From an uncultured Eubacteriales bacterium (GTDB lineage: Bacteria; Bacillota; Clostridia; Oscillospirales; Acutalibacteraceae): a DNA stretch of 52,413 nt. The notes below the pieces were generated by a model, which was not told the DNA's origin, ran no database searches, and was given only the letters and a program-made list of their open reading frames with translations. The stretch lies in NCBI GenBank assembly GCA_900317395.1, contig ONGS01000061.1:1-52413 (forward strand), written 5' to 3'. Positions 1 through 9,073 of the stretch are shown piece by piece (position 1 is the stretch's first letter; the number at the start of each line of letters is the position of its first letter). The position numbers and the translations under genes were made by a program.

Positions 1-39
1 AAAACGGTCTGTCACACATGAAGTGTGGCAGACCGTTTT
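1..39. terminator. Hairpin terminator at window edge (bidirectional type)
   Basis: AAAACGGTCTG...CAGACCGTTTT inverted repeat flanked by A-run and T-run. It lies just beyond the stop of minus-strand ORF 72..815. Confidence 0.6.
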
Positions 40-71
40 ACTTAATATTGAAAATTTGGAGGTCGAAATAA

Positions 72-815
72 TCACTGATAATCAACGACATCTACCCAGC
101 TCTTGAGGAAATCTTCTTCTCCGGGAATCCTCTTGACAAGCTGTGCTGCTGCAACGATCGGCAGCCACTGCTGAACATACTGTTTAGCAGTATCGCTCTT
201 TTTGCAGAATAGCTCAAGGTACTGATCGGCAAGCTTTTTATCTTTTAGAGCAAAGAGAAGATAAGTTCTTGCTGCATCTGCGGAAGCATTGCCCTGTGTT
301 GCGTGTGACCAGTCCAGAATATGAGGATTACCCTCATTGTCGATGATGATATTGGATGGATTGAAATCACCGTGGCAAAGCTTGTTGTGCTTCGGCATAC
401 CGTCAAGACGTGTGTGAAGTTCATATCTGATTGTTGCATCAATTTCTCCGCTGAGGGAAGAAATCTTTCTGTTCATCTTATCTTTGAGCTTATTCAGCAA
501 CGGTGCTTTTTTGCTCTGAACTTCAAGTTGAAGATCAACAAAGTCATTCAGATATTTTTCGAGATTGTCCGGATCTTCTTCCATGATCTGTTCGAGTGTC
601 TTACCCTCAACATACTCCATTGCAATTGTCCACTTGCCGTTGATAACGGAAACAGACTTTAGAGCAGGAATGGGAAGTCCTGTTTCTTCAACTCTTGACT
701 GATTCAGTGCCTCATTAAGAATATCCGATTTCGGGAATTTTTCGGAAAACTCCTTGATTGCACTATCGCCGTCTCTGTAGATAACCTTTTCTTTTCTTGT
801 AGCAATAACATCCAT
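72..815 (-). CDS. APH/choline-kinase-family phosphotransferase, substrate unknown
   Basis: 247-aa ORF. HGDFNPSNIII...ILDWSHA matches the HGDxxxxN catalytic loop plus downstream D of aminoglycoside/choline kinase-type phosphotransferases. Confidence 0.7.
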   Translation of the reverse strand: MDVIATRKEKVIYRDGDSAIKEFSEKFPKSDILNEALNQSRVEETGLPIPALKSVSVINGKWTIAMEYVEGKTLEQIMEEDPDNLEKYLNDFVDLQLEVQSKKAPLLNKLKDKMNRKISSLSGEIDATIRYELHTRLDGMPKHNKLCHGDFNPSNIIIDNEGNPHILDWSHATQGNASADAARTYLLFALKDKKLADQYLELFCKKSDTAKQYVQQWLPIVAAAQLVKRIPGEEDFLKSWVDVVDYQ

Positions 816-1191
816 GACTTGTGCTCCTTTCGTTACTATATTATTGTCGGCCGCATAAGTTTATGATAAACAGAGCAGACAATATTGAATTTTTATAGGT
901 TTAATACAAGTCGTTTAACTTGCTTTTATTATACTACTATTTTTTCATAAAGTATAGATTAAAATTGCAATAATTTTTGTGCGATTTTTTAGTGAAATAG
1001 ACAAATTGTCTAAATTTTAACGAATATTCATTAGATTTTAGTTAATTATAATGATATTTTTTTGTCAAATATTGTTATTTATTTAACAGAAAAAAGAATG
1101 ATTTTTATGTTGTCATTTCATTTTGGGACTTTTTATTTCGCAATATTTACCAAATATCCACAAAAATGAAATTTTTTGCAAATTATATTTC

Positions 1192-1234
1192 AAAACCGGG
1201 TTCAGAGATATTAACATCTCCGTCCCGGTTTTTG
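1192..1234 (-). terminator. Rho-independent terminator of the mtaB operon
   Basis: AACCGGG...CCCGGTT stem with inner GAGAT/ATCTC pairing, with A-run and T-run on both sides. It sits 57 nt past the stop of ORF 1291..1482. Confidence 0.6.
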
Positions 1235-1290
1235 TAATTCATACGATTTGTATTTCTCAAGACCATCTATTGTTGAGGATAGAAATAATA

Positions 1291-1482
1291 TCATACTCCT
1301 TGCAGCAAAATTGACAAAACCAGACCGATAACAAACAGCCCTGCCCATACTCCTGTTGCAATAAAACTGCTTTTGTCAAAATCTTTTTCGATAATAAACC
1401 ACTTCACGCCGTTTACCACCATTCCGATAAAAAACATTACTGTAAACATGATAGCACAATTATCAAACCCCATTTTTAACAC
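1291..1482 (-). CDS. Small two-helix membrane protein (hypothetical)
   Basis: 63-aa ORF with two hydrophobic segments, on the same strand as mtaB. Its start overlaps the mtaB stop region by 7 nt and a terminator follows. No family recognised. Confidence 0.45.
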   Translation of the reverse strand: MLKMGFDNCAIMFTVMFFIGMVVNGVKWFIIEKDFDKSSFIATGVWAGLFVIGLVLSILLQGV

Positions 1483-2774
1483 CCTTTCCTTTTAACGATC
1501 TCGCCGATACAATAGTCATTATCAGCCGAAATGATTTTTACTTCAACAACCGTATTGATATAGCTTTCGTCCGCTTCAACGTAAATCAGTGTATAATTTG
1601 GCGTGTAGCCTTCGTATTTACCGTTTTTGTTTCTCGTTTCAATCAGCACCATTTCTGTTCGCCCAACCTGAGAACCAAGAAATTTCTTTCTTGCTCTGCC
1701 TGCCGCTTCTGCCATGAGTGCGGCTCTTTTTTTCTTGACATCGTTTGAAAGCTGGTTCGGCGCTCTGTCCGCCGCTGTTCCGGGTCTGCGTGAATACGGA
1801 AAAATATGTACCTTTGCAAAACCAATTCGTTCCACAAATTCCATTGATTTTTGAAATTCCTCGTCTGTTTCTCCTGCGAAGCCGACCATAATATCTGTGG
1901 TGATTGCAGCGTTTTCAAAAACACTGCGAATATCATTGACGATTTTTTCATATTCGGCTGTTGTGTAATGGCGGTTCATCCGCTTTAATGTTTCGTCACA
2001 GCCGCTTTGCAGTGATAAATGAAACTGTGGACAGAAATTATCATGCTCTGCAAAAATTTTCAGCGTTTCAAGATCCATGGATTCAGGTTCAAGAGAACCA
2101 AGTCGGATACGGACATCTGCCGCTTCACAGGCCGCTTTTACCGCATCGGAAAAACAATGACCGTTATCGCTTCCGTAGCAGGAAAGATTAATGCCCACCA
2201 GAACGACTTCCTTATAGCCGTTTTTTGCAAAGCCTTCCACTTCTTTTCTGATATATTCAACAGAAGACGAACGCACCCTTCCTCTTGCATATGGTATAAT
2301 GCAGTAGGAGCAGAAACGGTTGCAGCCGTCCTCGATTTTGAGAAATGCCCTTGTTCTCTCTGAAAAATCATCTACAATCAGATTTTCATAATCATCATGT
2401 TTCTGATACTGTTCAACATAGGTCATTTTTGTTTTTTGCGAAAAGTATTCTTCTAATACAGGAATAATATCCGAGCGCCGTTTATTTCCGAGAAGGATAT
2501 CGACTTCATCAAGTTTTCCGCTGTCCTTTACGGTTTGCGCCATGCAGCCTGTGAGAACAATCACCGTGTCGGGCATTTCCCGACGAATACGGCGCAGGAG
2601 TTTCATTGCTTTCTGTTCGCTGGCCGCTGTTACGGCGCAGGAATTAATCACGGTAATATCGGCGTTTTCGTGTTCCTGTGCCGTTTCATAACCATGTTCG
2701 GAAAGCTGTCTGATCATAGCCTGCGATTCAAACTGATTTACCTTGCAGCCCAAGGTAAAAAACTTCACTTTCAT
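1476..2774 (-). CDS. mtaB: tRNA threonylcarbamoyladenosine methylthiotransferase MtaB (radical SAM)
   Basis: N-terminus MKVKFFTLGCKVNQFES, radical-SAM CNRFCSYC, C-terminal TRAM-like region. Start placed at ATG 2774, preceded by a GAGGAAG RBS; the track ORF extends to 2792. Confidence 0.85.
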   Translation of the reverse strand: MKVKFFTLGCKVNQFESQAMIRQLSEHGYETAQEHENADITVINSCAVTAASEQKAMKLLRRIRREMPDTVIVLTGCMAQTVKDSGKLDEVDILLGNKRRSDIIPVLEEYFSQKTKMTYVEQYQKHDDYENLIVDDFSERTRAFLKIEDGCNRFCSYCIIPYARGRVRSSSVEYIRKEVEGFAKNGYKEVVLVGINLSCYGSDNGHCFSDAVKAACEAADVRIRLGSLEPESMDLETLKIFAEHDNFCPQFHLSLQSGCDETLKRMNRHYTTAEYEKIVNDIRSVFENAAITTDIMVGFAGETDEEFQKSMEFVERIGFAKVHIFPYSRRPGTAADRAPNQLSNDVKKKRAALMAEAAGRARKKFLGSQVGRTEMVLIETRNKNGKYEGYTPNYTLIYVEADESYINTVVEVKIISADNDYCIGEIVKRKGC

Positions 2775-2881
2775 AATATTTCTTCCTCTCAAATTATATC
2801 CAAAAAGTATATGACAATCATAAAAATAATCATGAATTCAACTGAAAAATCAAATTTACGACAAAAATCAAAATATATTTG

Positions 2882-2910
2882 TTGACCTTAACAAAAAATA
2901 CTGTTAAAAT
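2882..2910 (+). promoter_or_regulatory. Sigma-A-type promoter for the HPr-like gene
   Basis: TTGACC (2882-2887), 17-nt spacer, TAAAAT (2905-2910). It is followed by the 7-5-7 palindrome TAACAGT-N5-ACTGTTA at 2913..2931. Confidence 0.5.
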
Positions 2911-2973
2911 GATAACAGTTAATGACTGTTACGGACATCTTGCCCGAAAGCTATTAAAACGGAGGCTGTAATT

Positions 2974-3213
2974 ATGTATAAAACAGATGTTTTTTTCAAG
3001 AATTTGACAAGTGTTAAGGATTTTGTGAATGCGGTATCTAAATATGATACCTTGGAGATCAATCTTGTCTCGGATATTTATACCATGAATGCTCATTCGC
3101 TGATCGGAATTATCAGTCTTGATATTTCCAAACCCATCACACTGGAAGTACCGAGCGACGATATCCCCGAAAGTTTCTATGAGGATATCAAGCCCTATCT
3201 GTATCAGAACTGA
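2974..3213 (+). CDS. HPr-fold protein lacking the His15 phosphorylation site (Crh-like)
   Basis: 79 aa. VSKYDTLEINL and NAHSLIGIISL align by eye with HPr ASKYDADVNL and LKSIMGVMSL. No GIHARPA-type His motif is present. Confidence 0.6.
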   Translation: MYKTDVFFKNLTSVKDFVNAVSKYDTLEINLVSDIYTMNAHSLIGIISLDISKPITLEVPSDDIPESFYEDIKPYLYQN

Positions 3214-3229
3214 TCATTACATATTGTTT

Positions 3230-3261
3230 CGCTGCTTTGACTAAGGCAGCGGATTTTTTTT
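3230..3261 (+). terminator. Rho-independent terminator
   Basis: CGCTGC-N10-GCAGCG stem followed by an 8-T run. Confidence 0.7.
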
Positions 3262-3336
3262 GGTGTTTTGCCATAAACTCACAACTGGAGAAAATGGATA
3301 CGCAAATTGGCAGCGTTAACATTCCGGCGGTTGATT

Positions 3337-5244
3337 TCAGGTAAGTTTTTCTGAGAGTTCTTCCCATTCGGTATACATGATTTCAAGAGCGTTTTCGGCA
3401 AGAGAGATTTTTTCTGTGATTTTCAGCACCTTTTCATAATCGCCGGCTGTTTCCGGGTCATTTAGTGAAGAATTCAGGGAGGACATTTCTTCTTCCTTTT
3501 CGGCAATTTCTTTTTCGAGTTTATTGAGCCGTGCTTTGTCTTTTCTTCTTTGTGCATCAAGTTCTTTTTTGCGCTTGAAATCACTTTGTTTTTCCTGGTA
3601 GGGTTCGCTGTTTTTTGCTGAAATTGGTTTTCTGAAAGGTTCTGCTTTTTTCAGAAAATTCTCATAACTGCCCTCAAATACTTGTATACCGTTCGGGGTT
3701 AGATAGAAAATCTTATCCGCCAGTGCGTTAATCAGATATCTGTCGTGAGAAACGATCAGAAGCGTACCCTCATATTCTCCGAGAGCATCCTGCAAAGCTG
3801 CACAGGAATTAATGTCAAGATGGTTAGTAGGCTCGTCAAGCAGAAGGAAATTTGCACCTGCCAGCATCAGCTCTGTAAGAAGCACTCTTGCTCTTTCGCC
3901 TCCGCTGAGATCGGAAAGATTTTTGAATACATCATCATTCTTAAAAAGAAATCTTGCCAGTGTGCTTCTTATTTCTGTGTTGGTCATGGCGGGAAAACGG
4001 TCGGAAAGTTCGTCAAAAACGGTTTTTTCACTGTCCATTCCTGTCTGTATCTGATCGTAATAGCCTGTTTTCACACCCTCACCGAAGCGAATTCTGCCCG
4101 AATTTGCTTTATATTTACCGAGAATTGTTTTCAGCAAGGAGGTCTTTCCGCAACCGTTCGGTCCGAGAATAAAAATTCTTTCCCCTCGGTGTATTTCCAT
4201 ATCCACATTTTCAAACAAAGGCTTTGTGCCAAAACTTAACGAAACACCGTCAAGCTCCAGAACATCCTCGCCGCTCTGATTTTTGATACCGAGGTCAAAA
4301 CGTATGGAAGAGGGGGCTTTTTCGGGTTTTTCAAGATTTTTTTCAAGCCTTTCGATCACTTTCATTTTGCTTTCGGCGGTTTTAATATTTTTTTCCCTGT
4401 TCCAACGTCTTTGCTGCTCAACGATTCCTTCGAGCCGGTTGATTTCTTTCATTGTATTATTATAGACACGCTGCATACTCAGAAGATGCTCCTGCTTCTG
4501 AGGAAGATAGGTCGTATAATTTCCATTGTAACGTGTCATTTTTCTGTTTTCAATTTCAAAAGTTTTGTTGGTAGTCTGATCAAGAAAATATCTGTCATGA
4601 GAAATAACGATAAAGGAACATTTCGATTCAATCAGATAATTTTCAAGCCATTCCACACTGTCGGTATCAAGGTGGTTGGTAGGTTCGTCAAGCAGCAGCA
4701 GATCTGCACCGCATAAAAGCAGTTTTGCAAGTTGGAGCTTGGCTCTTTGCCCTCCGCTCAAAGAACTAATCGGCAACTGCATATGTTCATCATCAAAGCC
4801 GAGACCTAAAAGTGCAGACCTTGCCCTGCTGCGGCAGGTAAGACCGCCACGTCTTGTGAACTCATCATGAAGGTATGCCTGTCTTTCAACCATTTCATCG
4901 ATTTCGTCATGAACGGAGCCTATCAGAGAATTCAGTCCTTCCAGTTCTTTTTCCATTTCGATTAAATCGGAAAATACCGTCATTACTTCATCATAAGCGG
5001 AAAAATCGAGATTTCTGCAAACGTGCTGTTCCATATATCCTACTGTTGTATTTTTGTTAATAATAACGATACCGTCTGTCGGAGAATACTCTCCTGTCAG
5101 AATTTTAAAGAGCGTGGATTTTCCGCAGCCATTCACACCGATCAGGCCTACTCGGTCTCCTTGCTGTAATTCAAAATTCATATGATCGAACAGAAGCTGT
5201 TCCCCGAATTCCATCGATAAATTGCTAACTGTAATAAGCGCCAT
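3337..5244 (-). CDS. ABC-F family ATPase (Uup/YfmR-like, two ABC domains plus C-terminal coiled coil)
   Basis: Two Walker A motifs (GVNGCGKST, GPNGCGKTS), two signatures (LSGGQRAK, LSGGERAR), no TM segments, K/E-rich C-terminal tail. Start placed at ATG 5244 with an AAAGGTG RBS. Confidence 0.85.
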   Translation of the reverse strand: MALITVSNLSMEFGEQLLFDHMNFELQQGDRVGLIGVNGCGKSTLFKILTGEYSPTDGIVIINKNTTVGYMEQHVCRNLDFSAYDEVMTVFSDLIEMEKELEGLNSLIGSVHDEIDEMVERQAYLHDEFTRRGGLTCRSRARSALLGLGFDDEHMQLPISSLSGGQRAKLQLAKLLLCGADLLLLDEPTNHLDTDSVEWLENYLIESKCSFIVISHDRYFLDQTTNKTFEIENRKMTRYNGNYTTYLPQKQEHLLSMQRVYNNTMKEINRLEGIVEQQRRWNREKNIKTAESKMKVIERLEKNLEKPEKAPSSIRFDLGIKNQSGEDVLELDGVSLSFGTKPLFENVDMEIHRGERIFILGPNGCGKTSLLKTILGKYKANSGRIRFGEGVKTGYYDQIQTGMDSEKTVFDELSDRFPAMTNTEIRSTLARFLFKNDDVFKNLSDLSGGERARVLLTELMLAGANFLLLDEPTNHLDINSCAALQDALGEYEGTLLIVSHDRYLINALADKIFYLTPNGIQVFEGSYENFLKKAEPFRKPISAKNSEPYQEKQSDFKRKKELDAQRRKDKARLNKLEKEIAEKEEEMSSLNSSLNDPETAGDYEKVLKITEKISLAENALEIMYTEWEELSEKLT

Positions 5245-5280
5245 TCTTTTCACCTTTACACATTCAGAATCAATGTATCT

Positions 5281-5309
5281 ATCATAACATTAATCAGCAA
5301 ATTTTGCAA
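5281..5309 (-). promoter_or_regulatory. Sigma-A-type promoter of the ABC-F gene
   Basis: Read on the minus strand: TTGCAA (5304-5309), 17-nt spacer, TATGAT (5281-5286). This leaves only a ~30-nt leader. Confidence 0.5.
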
Positions 5310-5423
5310 GAACCGCCGGTGAGCCTATGGTCGCTACTTTTTTATAAAGTCAAGTTCATTGACGTGCCGTTGGTTTTGTACTTAAGGCGCGACATTAAAC
5401 TGACCTACATAAACAAACTTGAA

Positions 5424-5507
5424 CGCGAATTGACAGCGGAGACACACCGCCCGCCGGTCCAAATTTGCGTAGCCGCTCCATAAAGTCCCGAAATTTTTTA
5501 CACCATC
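5424..5507. repeat. Copy of a shuffled intergenic module family (modules A and B)
   Basis: Module B, CGCGAATTGACAGCGGAGACAC (5424-5446), and module A, GCCGCTCCATAAAGTCCCGAAATTTTTTACACCATC (5472-5507), have close relatives at 24783..24858 in inverted orientation and different order. Module A also recurs at 35337..35399. Confidence 0.6.
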
Positions 5508-5754
5508 GCTAAATCAGAAAACGGAAATAGAAATAATTTTCATCAGACACTTTTTACAGTTGACGGCATATTATAAACTAAAGGCAGTTACAGTTGAGAT
5601 AGAATAATACGGTAAATAATTACAGATAACAACGTGACTGCCCCTTGTAAAAAAATATTTGAAGTTCAAGCATCGGAAAGGATGTAATTTTGTAATTATT
5701 TGCCTTGAAGGAATAAGCTTTTTATGGCTGTAATTGATAATGGAGCTGGATAAT

Positions 5755-6201
5755 ATGATTTGTAATTATGATGGATGCGGCTGTGAAAGACAGGGCAGAC
5801 ACGAAAGAAAAGGCTGTTCTTCGTGCATGAGAGGAATTGGGGTTCTTGTAGGAATTATCGGTGGTATTATTTTTGCTGTTACTGCAGTACTTCTGTTTAT
5901 TAATTCCTTCCTTGTTTCGGTAGGTTTTGCTGTCTGGGCAGCGCTGATTACTGCACTTGTGTACTTGTTTATAGTGCTTGCGGTATCTCTTGCAAACGAA
6001 AGCGGCAGAGATTGTGTACGCGACAATCTCGGAAGTCTGATTTTCGGCATATTTGGTACTATTTTTACCGGTTTTTTAGGCATTGCCGCAATTCTTGCAG
6101 TAGGGGAGATATTTTCAACCATAATTGTAGCATTGATTGCGTTTTTCTTTGCCTATATGATTATCAGCGTGTTGTTTTTGATAAAATGTATCGTTGATTA
6201 A
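5755..6201 (+). CDS. Membrane protein with Cys-rich N-terminus (hypothetical)
   Basis: N-terminal CNYDGCGCER...CSSC followed by about four hydrophobic helices. ATG 5755 has a GGAG RBS 9 nt upstream, and a strong terminator follows. Confidence 0.6.
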   Translation: MICNYDGCGCERQGRHERKGCSSCMRGIGVLVGIIGGIIFAVTAVLLFINSFLVSVGFAVWAALITALVYLFIVLAVSLANESGRDCVRDNLGSLIFGIFGTIFTGFLGIAAILAVGEIFSTIIVALIAFFFAYMIISVLFLIKCIVD

Positions 6202-6224
6202 AACAGAATTTTTACCAATTATCA

Positions 6225-6262
6225 GGGGTGTTCGGACTTCGGTCTGAACACCCCCGTTTTTT
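6225..6262 (+). terminator. Rho-independent terminator
   Basis: GGGGTGTTCGGAC-TTCG-GTCTGAACACCCC stem-loop plus a T-run. Confidence 0.85.
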
Positions 6263-6371
6263 GATTTAAGGCAATATTGCCAAGAGGTTGTGCGGTGTTG
6301 CCTTAAAAATTGGAGCAGAAGAAGTTACCTTTGTGATAAAGCCTGAAGGGGAGATCCCTGTTCCCGGAATC

Positions 6372-6809
6372 TTAGCTCCTTTCCACATTCATCAGCATTT
6401 CTACAATACCAACAGCGTGTTCAAGGGCATTATGGTATGCGTTGAAAAATGTACGTTTTAATTTCAGATTATCGTTTGTGTTCATATAATGACGTCTGTA
6501 ATTTCGGGAGGCGGATGTTTCTTCTCGTATGCGGGATTTTAAAACAGAACGGTAAGAGCCGTTTTCTTTGATTGGCTCGGGGTGAGGCTCAAAGGTATAG
6601 CCTGTCATTGTACGGTAGGCCGTCATCAGAGCATCAGCAGTGTTTTTGCTGTCCACGGAAAAATCATCAAGGATACGCCGTTCTCTTTCGCTGGGGGCGG
6701 ATTTTGCAAGGATTCTGTACAATTGTGCATCATGAAGTTCATTATTGATGTATTGCTGAAGCTGTCTCGGTAAATTGCCGTTATTATTCAAAATAATCAC
6801 CTCTCCCAA
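6372..6809 (-). CDS. Ferritin-like/four-helix-bundle domain protein (tentative)
   Basis: 145-aa ORF. The helical pattern ELHDAQLYRILA...ERERRIL...NALEHAVG resembles ferritin-like domain proteins. The start codon is uncertain (TTG 6809 or TTG 6791). Confidence 0.45.
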   Translation of the reverse strand: MGEVIILNNNGNLPRQLQQYINNELHDAQLYRILAKSAPSERERRILDDFSVDSKNTADALMTAYRTMTGYTFEPHPEPIKENGSYRSVLKSRIREETSASRNYRRHYMNTNDNLKLKRTFFNAYHNALEHAVGIVEMLMNVERS

Positions 6810-6967
6810 TATATATGCAGAGCCTGATGTGGATTGAACAGAGATTTGATTTTTATTTTATCTTTTAAAATTCTTTTTTGGAAAATTTCTTAGTGCTTAC
6901 TTTGATATAATGTTATGTGTATATCTGTATATACATAACTGAAAAAAGAAACGGGAAGATCAATGAT

Positions 6968-7666
6968 ATGAGAATGAGAAATAAACCATGGGCTAAGCCG
7001 GAGCTTGAAGCCTGCGACTATTTTGTACAACAGCCCGAAGCCAAAAAAGGAAAATGGCTTGAAAGTTTTCGCAAGCAGCAGCCGTTTTATGTAGAGCTTG
7101 GATGCGGTAAGGGCGGCTTTATGGCACAGGCGGCGTCCGTTAACAGAGAAATCAATTATCTTGCAATCGATATTGAATATAAAATGCTTGGTGTGGCAAG
7201 AAGGAACATATCAAGGGTGTTTGAAGAAAAAGCACTGCCGACAGATAATATTTTGTTGACAGCATACAATATCGAAAAAATTGAAGAAATACTTGATGAA
7301 AAGGATACAGTTGATAGAATTCACATAAATTTCTGCAATCCGTGGCCGAAGAAAAAGCATAAAAAACATCGCCTTACGCACCCAAGACAGCTGACACAAT
7401 ATAAGAATTTTCTGCGTGATGGCGGTGAGATCCATTTCAAAACAGATGACGATGAACTTTTTGAGGAAAGCATTGAATATTTCAGGGAATGTTTTTTTGA
7501 TATTGCCTATATTACAAGAGATCTGCATACCTCTGGCTATGAGCCGAATATCCTGACTGAACATGAAAAAATGTTCTCCGAAGAAGGAATCAAAATCAAG
7601 TTTCTGATAGCAAAAATAAACAAAAACAGCGAGAAAATGAAACAGAATTCCGAATCGGCTGTATGA
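6968..7666 (+). CDS. trmB: tRNA (guanine-N7)-methyltransferase
   Basis: MRMRNKPWA... N-terminus, SAM-binding [19 protein letters not shown] motif. Start moved to ATG 6968. Confidence 0.85.
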   Translation: MRMRNKPWAKPELEACDYFVQQPEAKKGKWLESFRKQQPFYVELGCGKGGFMAQAASVNREINYLAIDIEYKMLGVARRNISRVFEEKALPTDNILLTAYNIEKIEEILDEKDTVDRIHINFCNPWPKKKHKKHRLTHPRQLTQYKNFLRDGGEIHFKTDDDELFEESIEYFRECFFDIAYITRDLHTSGYEPNILTEHEKMFSEEGIKIKFLIAKINKNSEKMKQNSESAV

Positions 7667-7707
7667 CAATTCTGAATTCCACATTAAATTGGGGTGTTTT
7701 TTTGAAA

Positions 7708-9057
7708 GTGAAGAAATTGATGTGTGCTGTTTCGGCATTGATTCTGACGGCGGTAATGTTGGGCGGCTGTTCAGAGTCAAGCTTTGGTGAGCAGGCACTG
7801 CTCAGACCGCCGAGGGCAACAGGAGACAAAGCCGAAATACAAACAGTGATTGGCAAGGAAGCAGGCGGCACATATACCTTAAAATATCCGCAGAACGGTG
7901 ATTACCGCTCGGCGGTGAATCTGTTTGAATCAGATGACGGAACAGAATATGCCGTTGCATTGTATTCAACGGAAAGTGATTCCAATATGAATGTGTCCAT
8001 TATAGCGCATGAGGATGGTGAATGGAACTGTCTGGGCAGTTTTAGCAACTCGGGAGTCGGAGTGGACAGGATCATATTCAAGGATATCAATGCCGACGGC
8101 AAGGATGAAATATTGGTTGGCTGGAGTACTTACAATGCCGATGTGAATACGCTCAGTGCTTATTCAATGGAAAATGAAACCGTAAGAGAAATGGTGATCG
8201 ATGAAACGTATTCAAATATTATAATCTCGGATATTACAGGAGACAAAACCGAGGATATTGTACTTCTTTCGCTGAGGGTCAATCAATTACCTTCAAGCGT
8301 GAAGCTTTTGCAGTATTCCGAACAGGAGAAAAAGCCGATAGCGAAATTCTCGCTTGAACTTGATTCTGAAATTACTGCATTTTCCAATATTATGGTAGGA
8401 AAAATTAATAAAGGCAAAAAGGGTATCGTGATCGACGGCGAAAAGTCGGGCGGTGTTCTTGCCACGCAGGTCATTTATTTTGACAGTGATGAAAAAAAGC
8501 TTTGCAATCCGCTGGTTACAATCGCTGATAACGGATCGGTTGCAAACGACACAACAAGAAAAGATGTGATCACATCAAGGGATATAGATGAGGACGGCAT
8601 TATAGAAGTACCGGTCGTTACTTCCATGGCCGCCCCCAGGGATGTTGATGCGGGGACAGTCTGCAGTATGACTTCATGGCGACAGCTCCATACCGAAGAC
8701 GGCAGTTTGCAGACAAAGCTGACATCTATCATCAATTATACTGACGGGTATTATTTTATTATGCCCGATAACTGGAGCAGTGATGTAACAGCTTTGAATG
8801 ATCCTGACAATAGAATCATCACATTCTATATTTGGAACAGTAAAACATCATCACTCGGCGATAAGCTTCTGACGATACACAGGTTTACACGCTCGGAGTG
8901 GAACAAGGCAGAGCATAATGATTATATCATGTTGGAAACCGTAAAAACAAATGGCAAGGAAGCCGTTATAGCGGCACAGTCCTTCCATACAGACGCCATT
9001 GATTCACTAAATCTGACAAAAAATGAAATTGAAAACTGTATCAGGTTGATTGCATAA
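7708..9057 (+). CDS. Lipoprotein with FG-GAP/VCBS-like repeats
   Basis: Lipobox LTAVMLGGC. Repeated DxDGxxE-type motifs (DINADGKDEILVG, DITGDKTEDIVLL, DIDEDGIIEVPV). Start is ambiguous (GTG 7708 or ATG 7720). Confidence 0.6.
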   Translation: MKKLMCAVSALILTAVMLGGCSESSFGEQALLRPPRATGDKAEIQTVIGKEAGGTYTLKYPQNGDYRSAVNLFESDDGTEYAVALYSTESDSNMNVSIIAHEDGEWNCLGSFSNSGVGVDRIIFKDINADGKDEILVGWSTYNADVNTLSAYSMENETVREMVIDETYSNIIISDITGDKTEDIVLLSLRVNQLPSSVKLLQYSEQEKKPIAKFSLELDSEITAFSNIMVGKINKGKKGIVIDGEKSGGVLATQVIYFDSDEKKLCNPLVTIADNGSVANDTTRKDVITSRDIDEDGIIEVPVVTSMAAPRDVDAGTVCSMTSWRQLHTEDGSLQTKLTSIINYTDGYYFIMPDNWSSDVTALNDPDNRIITFYIWNSKTSSLGDKLLTIHRFTRSEWNKAEHNDYIMLETVKTNGKEAVIAAQSFHTDAIDSLNLTKNEIENCIRLIA

Positions 9058-9073
9058 CCAAGGAGGTAACATA

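Noticed and set aside
1123-1314. Track ORF 1123..1314 (+, 63 aa).
   Set aside because: It runs through the terminator hairpin of the mtaB operon and into the small membrane gene on the other strand. It is an AT-rich, low-complexity translation.
3337-5309. ABC-F gene as an antibiotic-resistance (ARE) ribosomal protection factor.
   Set aside because: The candidate promoter leaves only a ~30-nt leader, with no uORF or attenuator hairpins of the kind that control ARE ABC-F genes. The long C-terminal coiled coil is Uup/YfmR-like. A housekeeping ABC-F is more likely.
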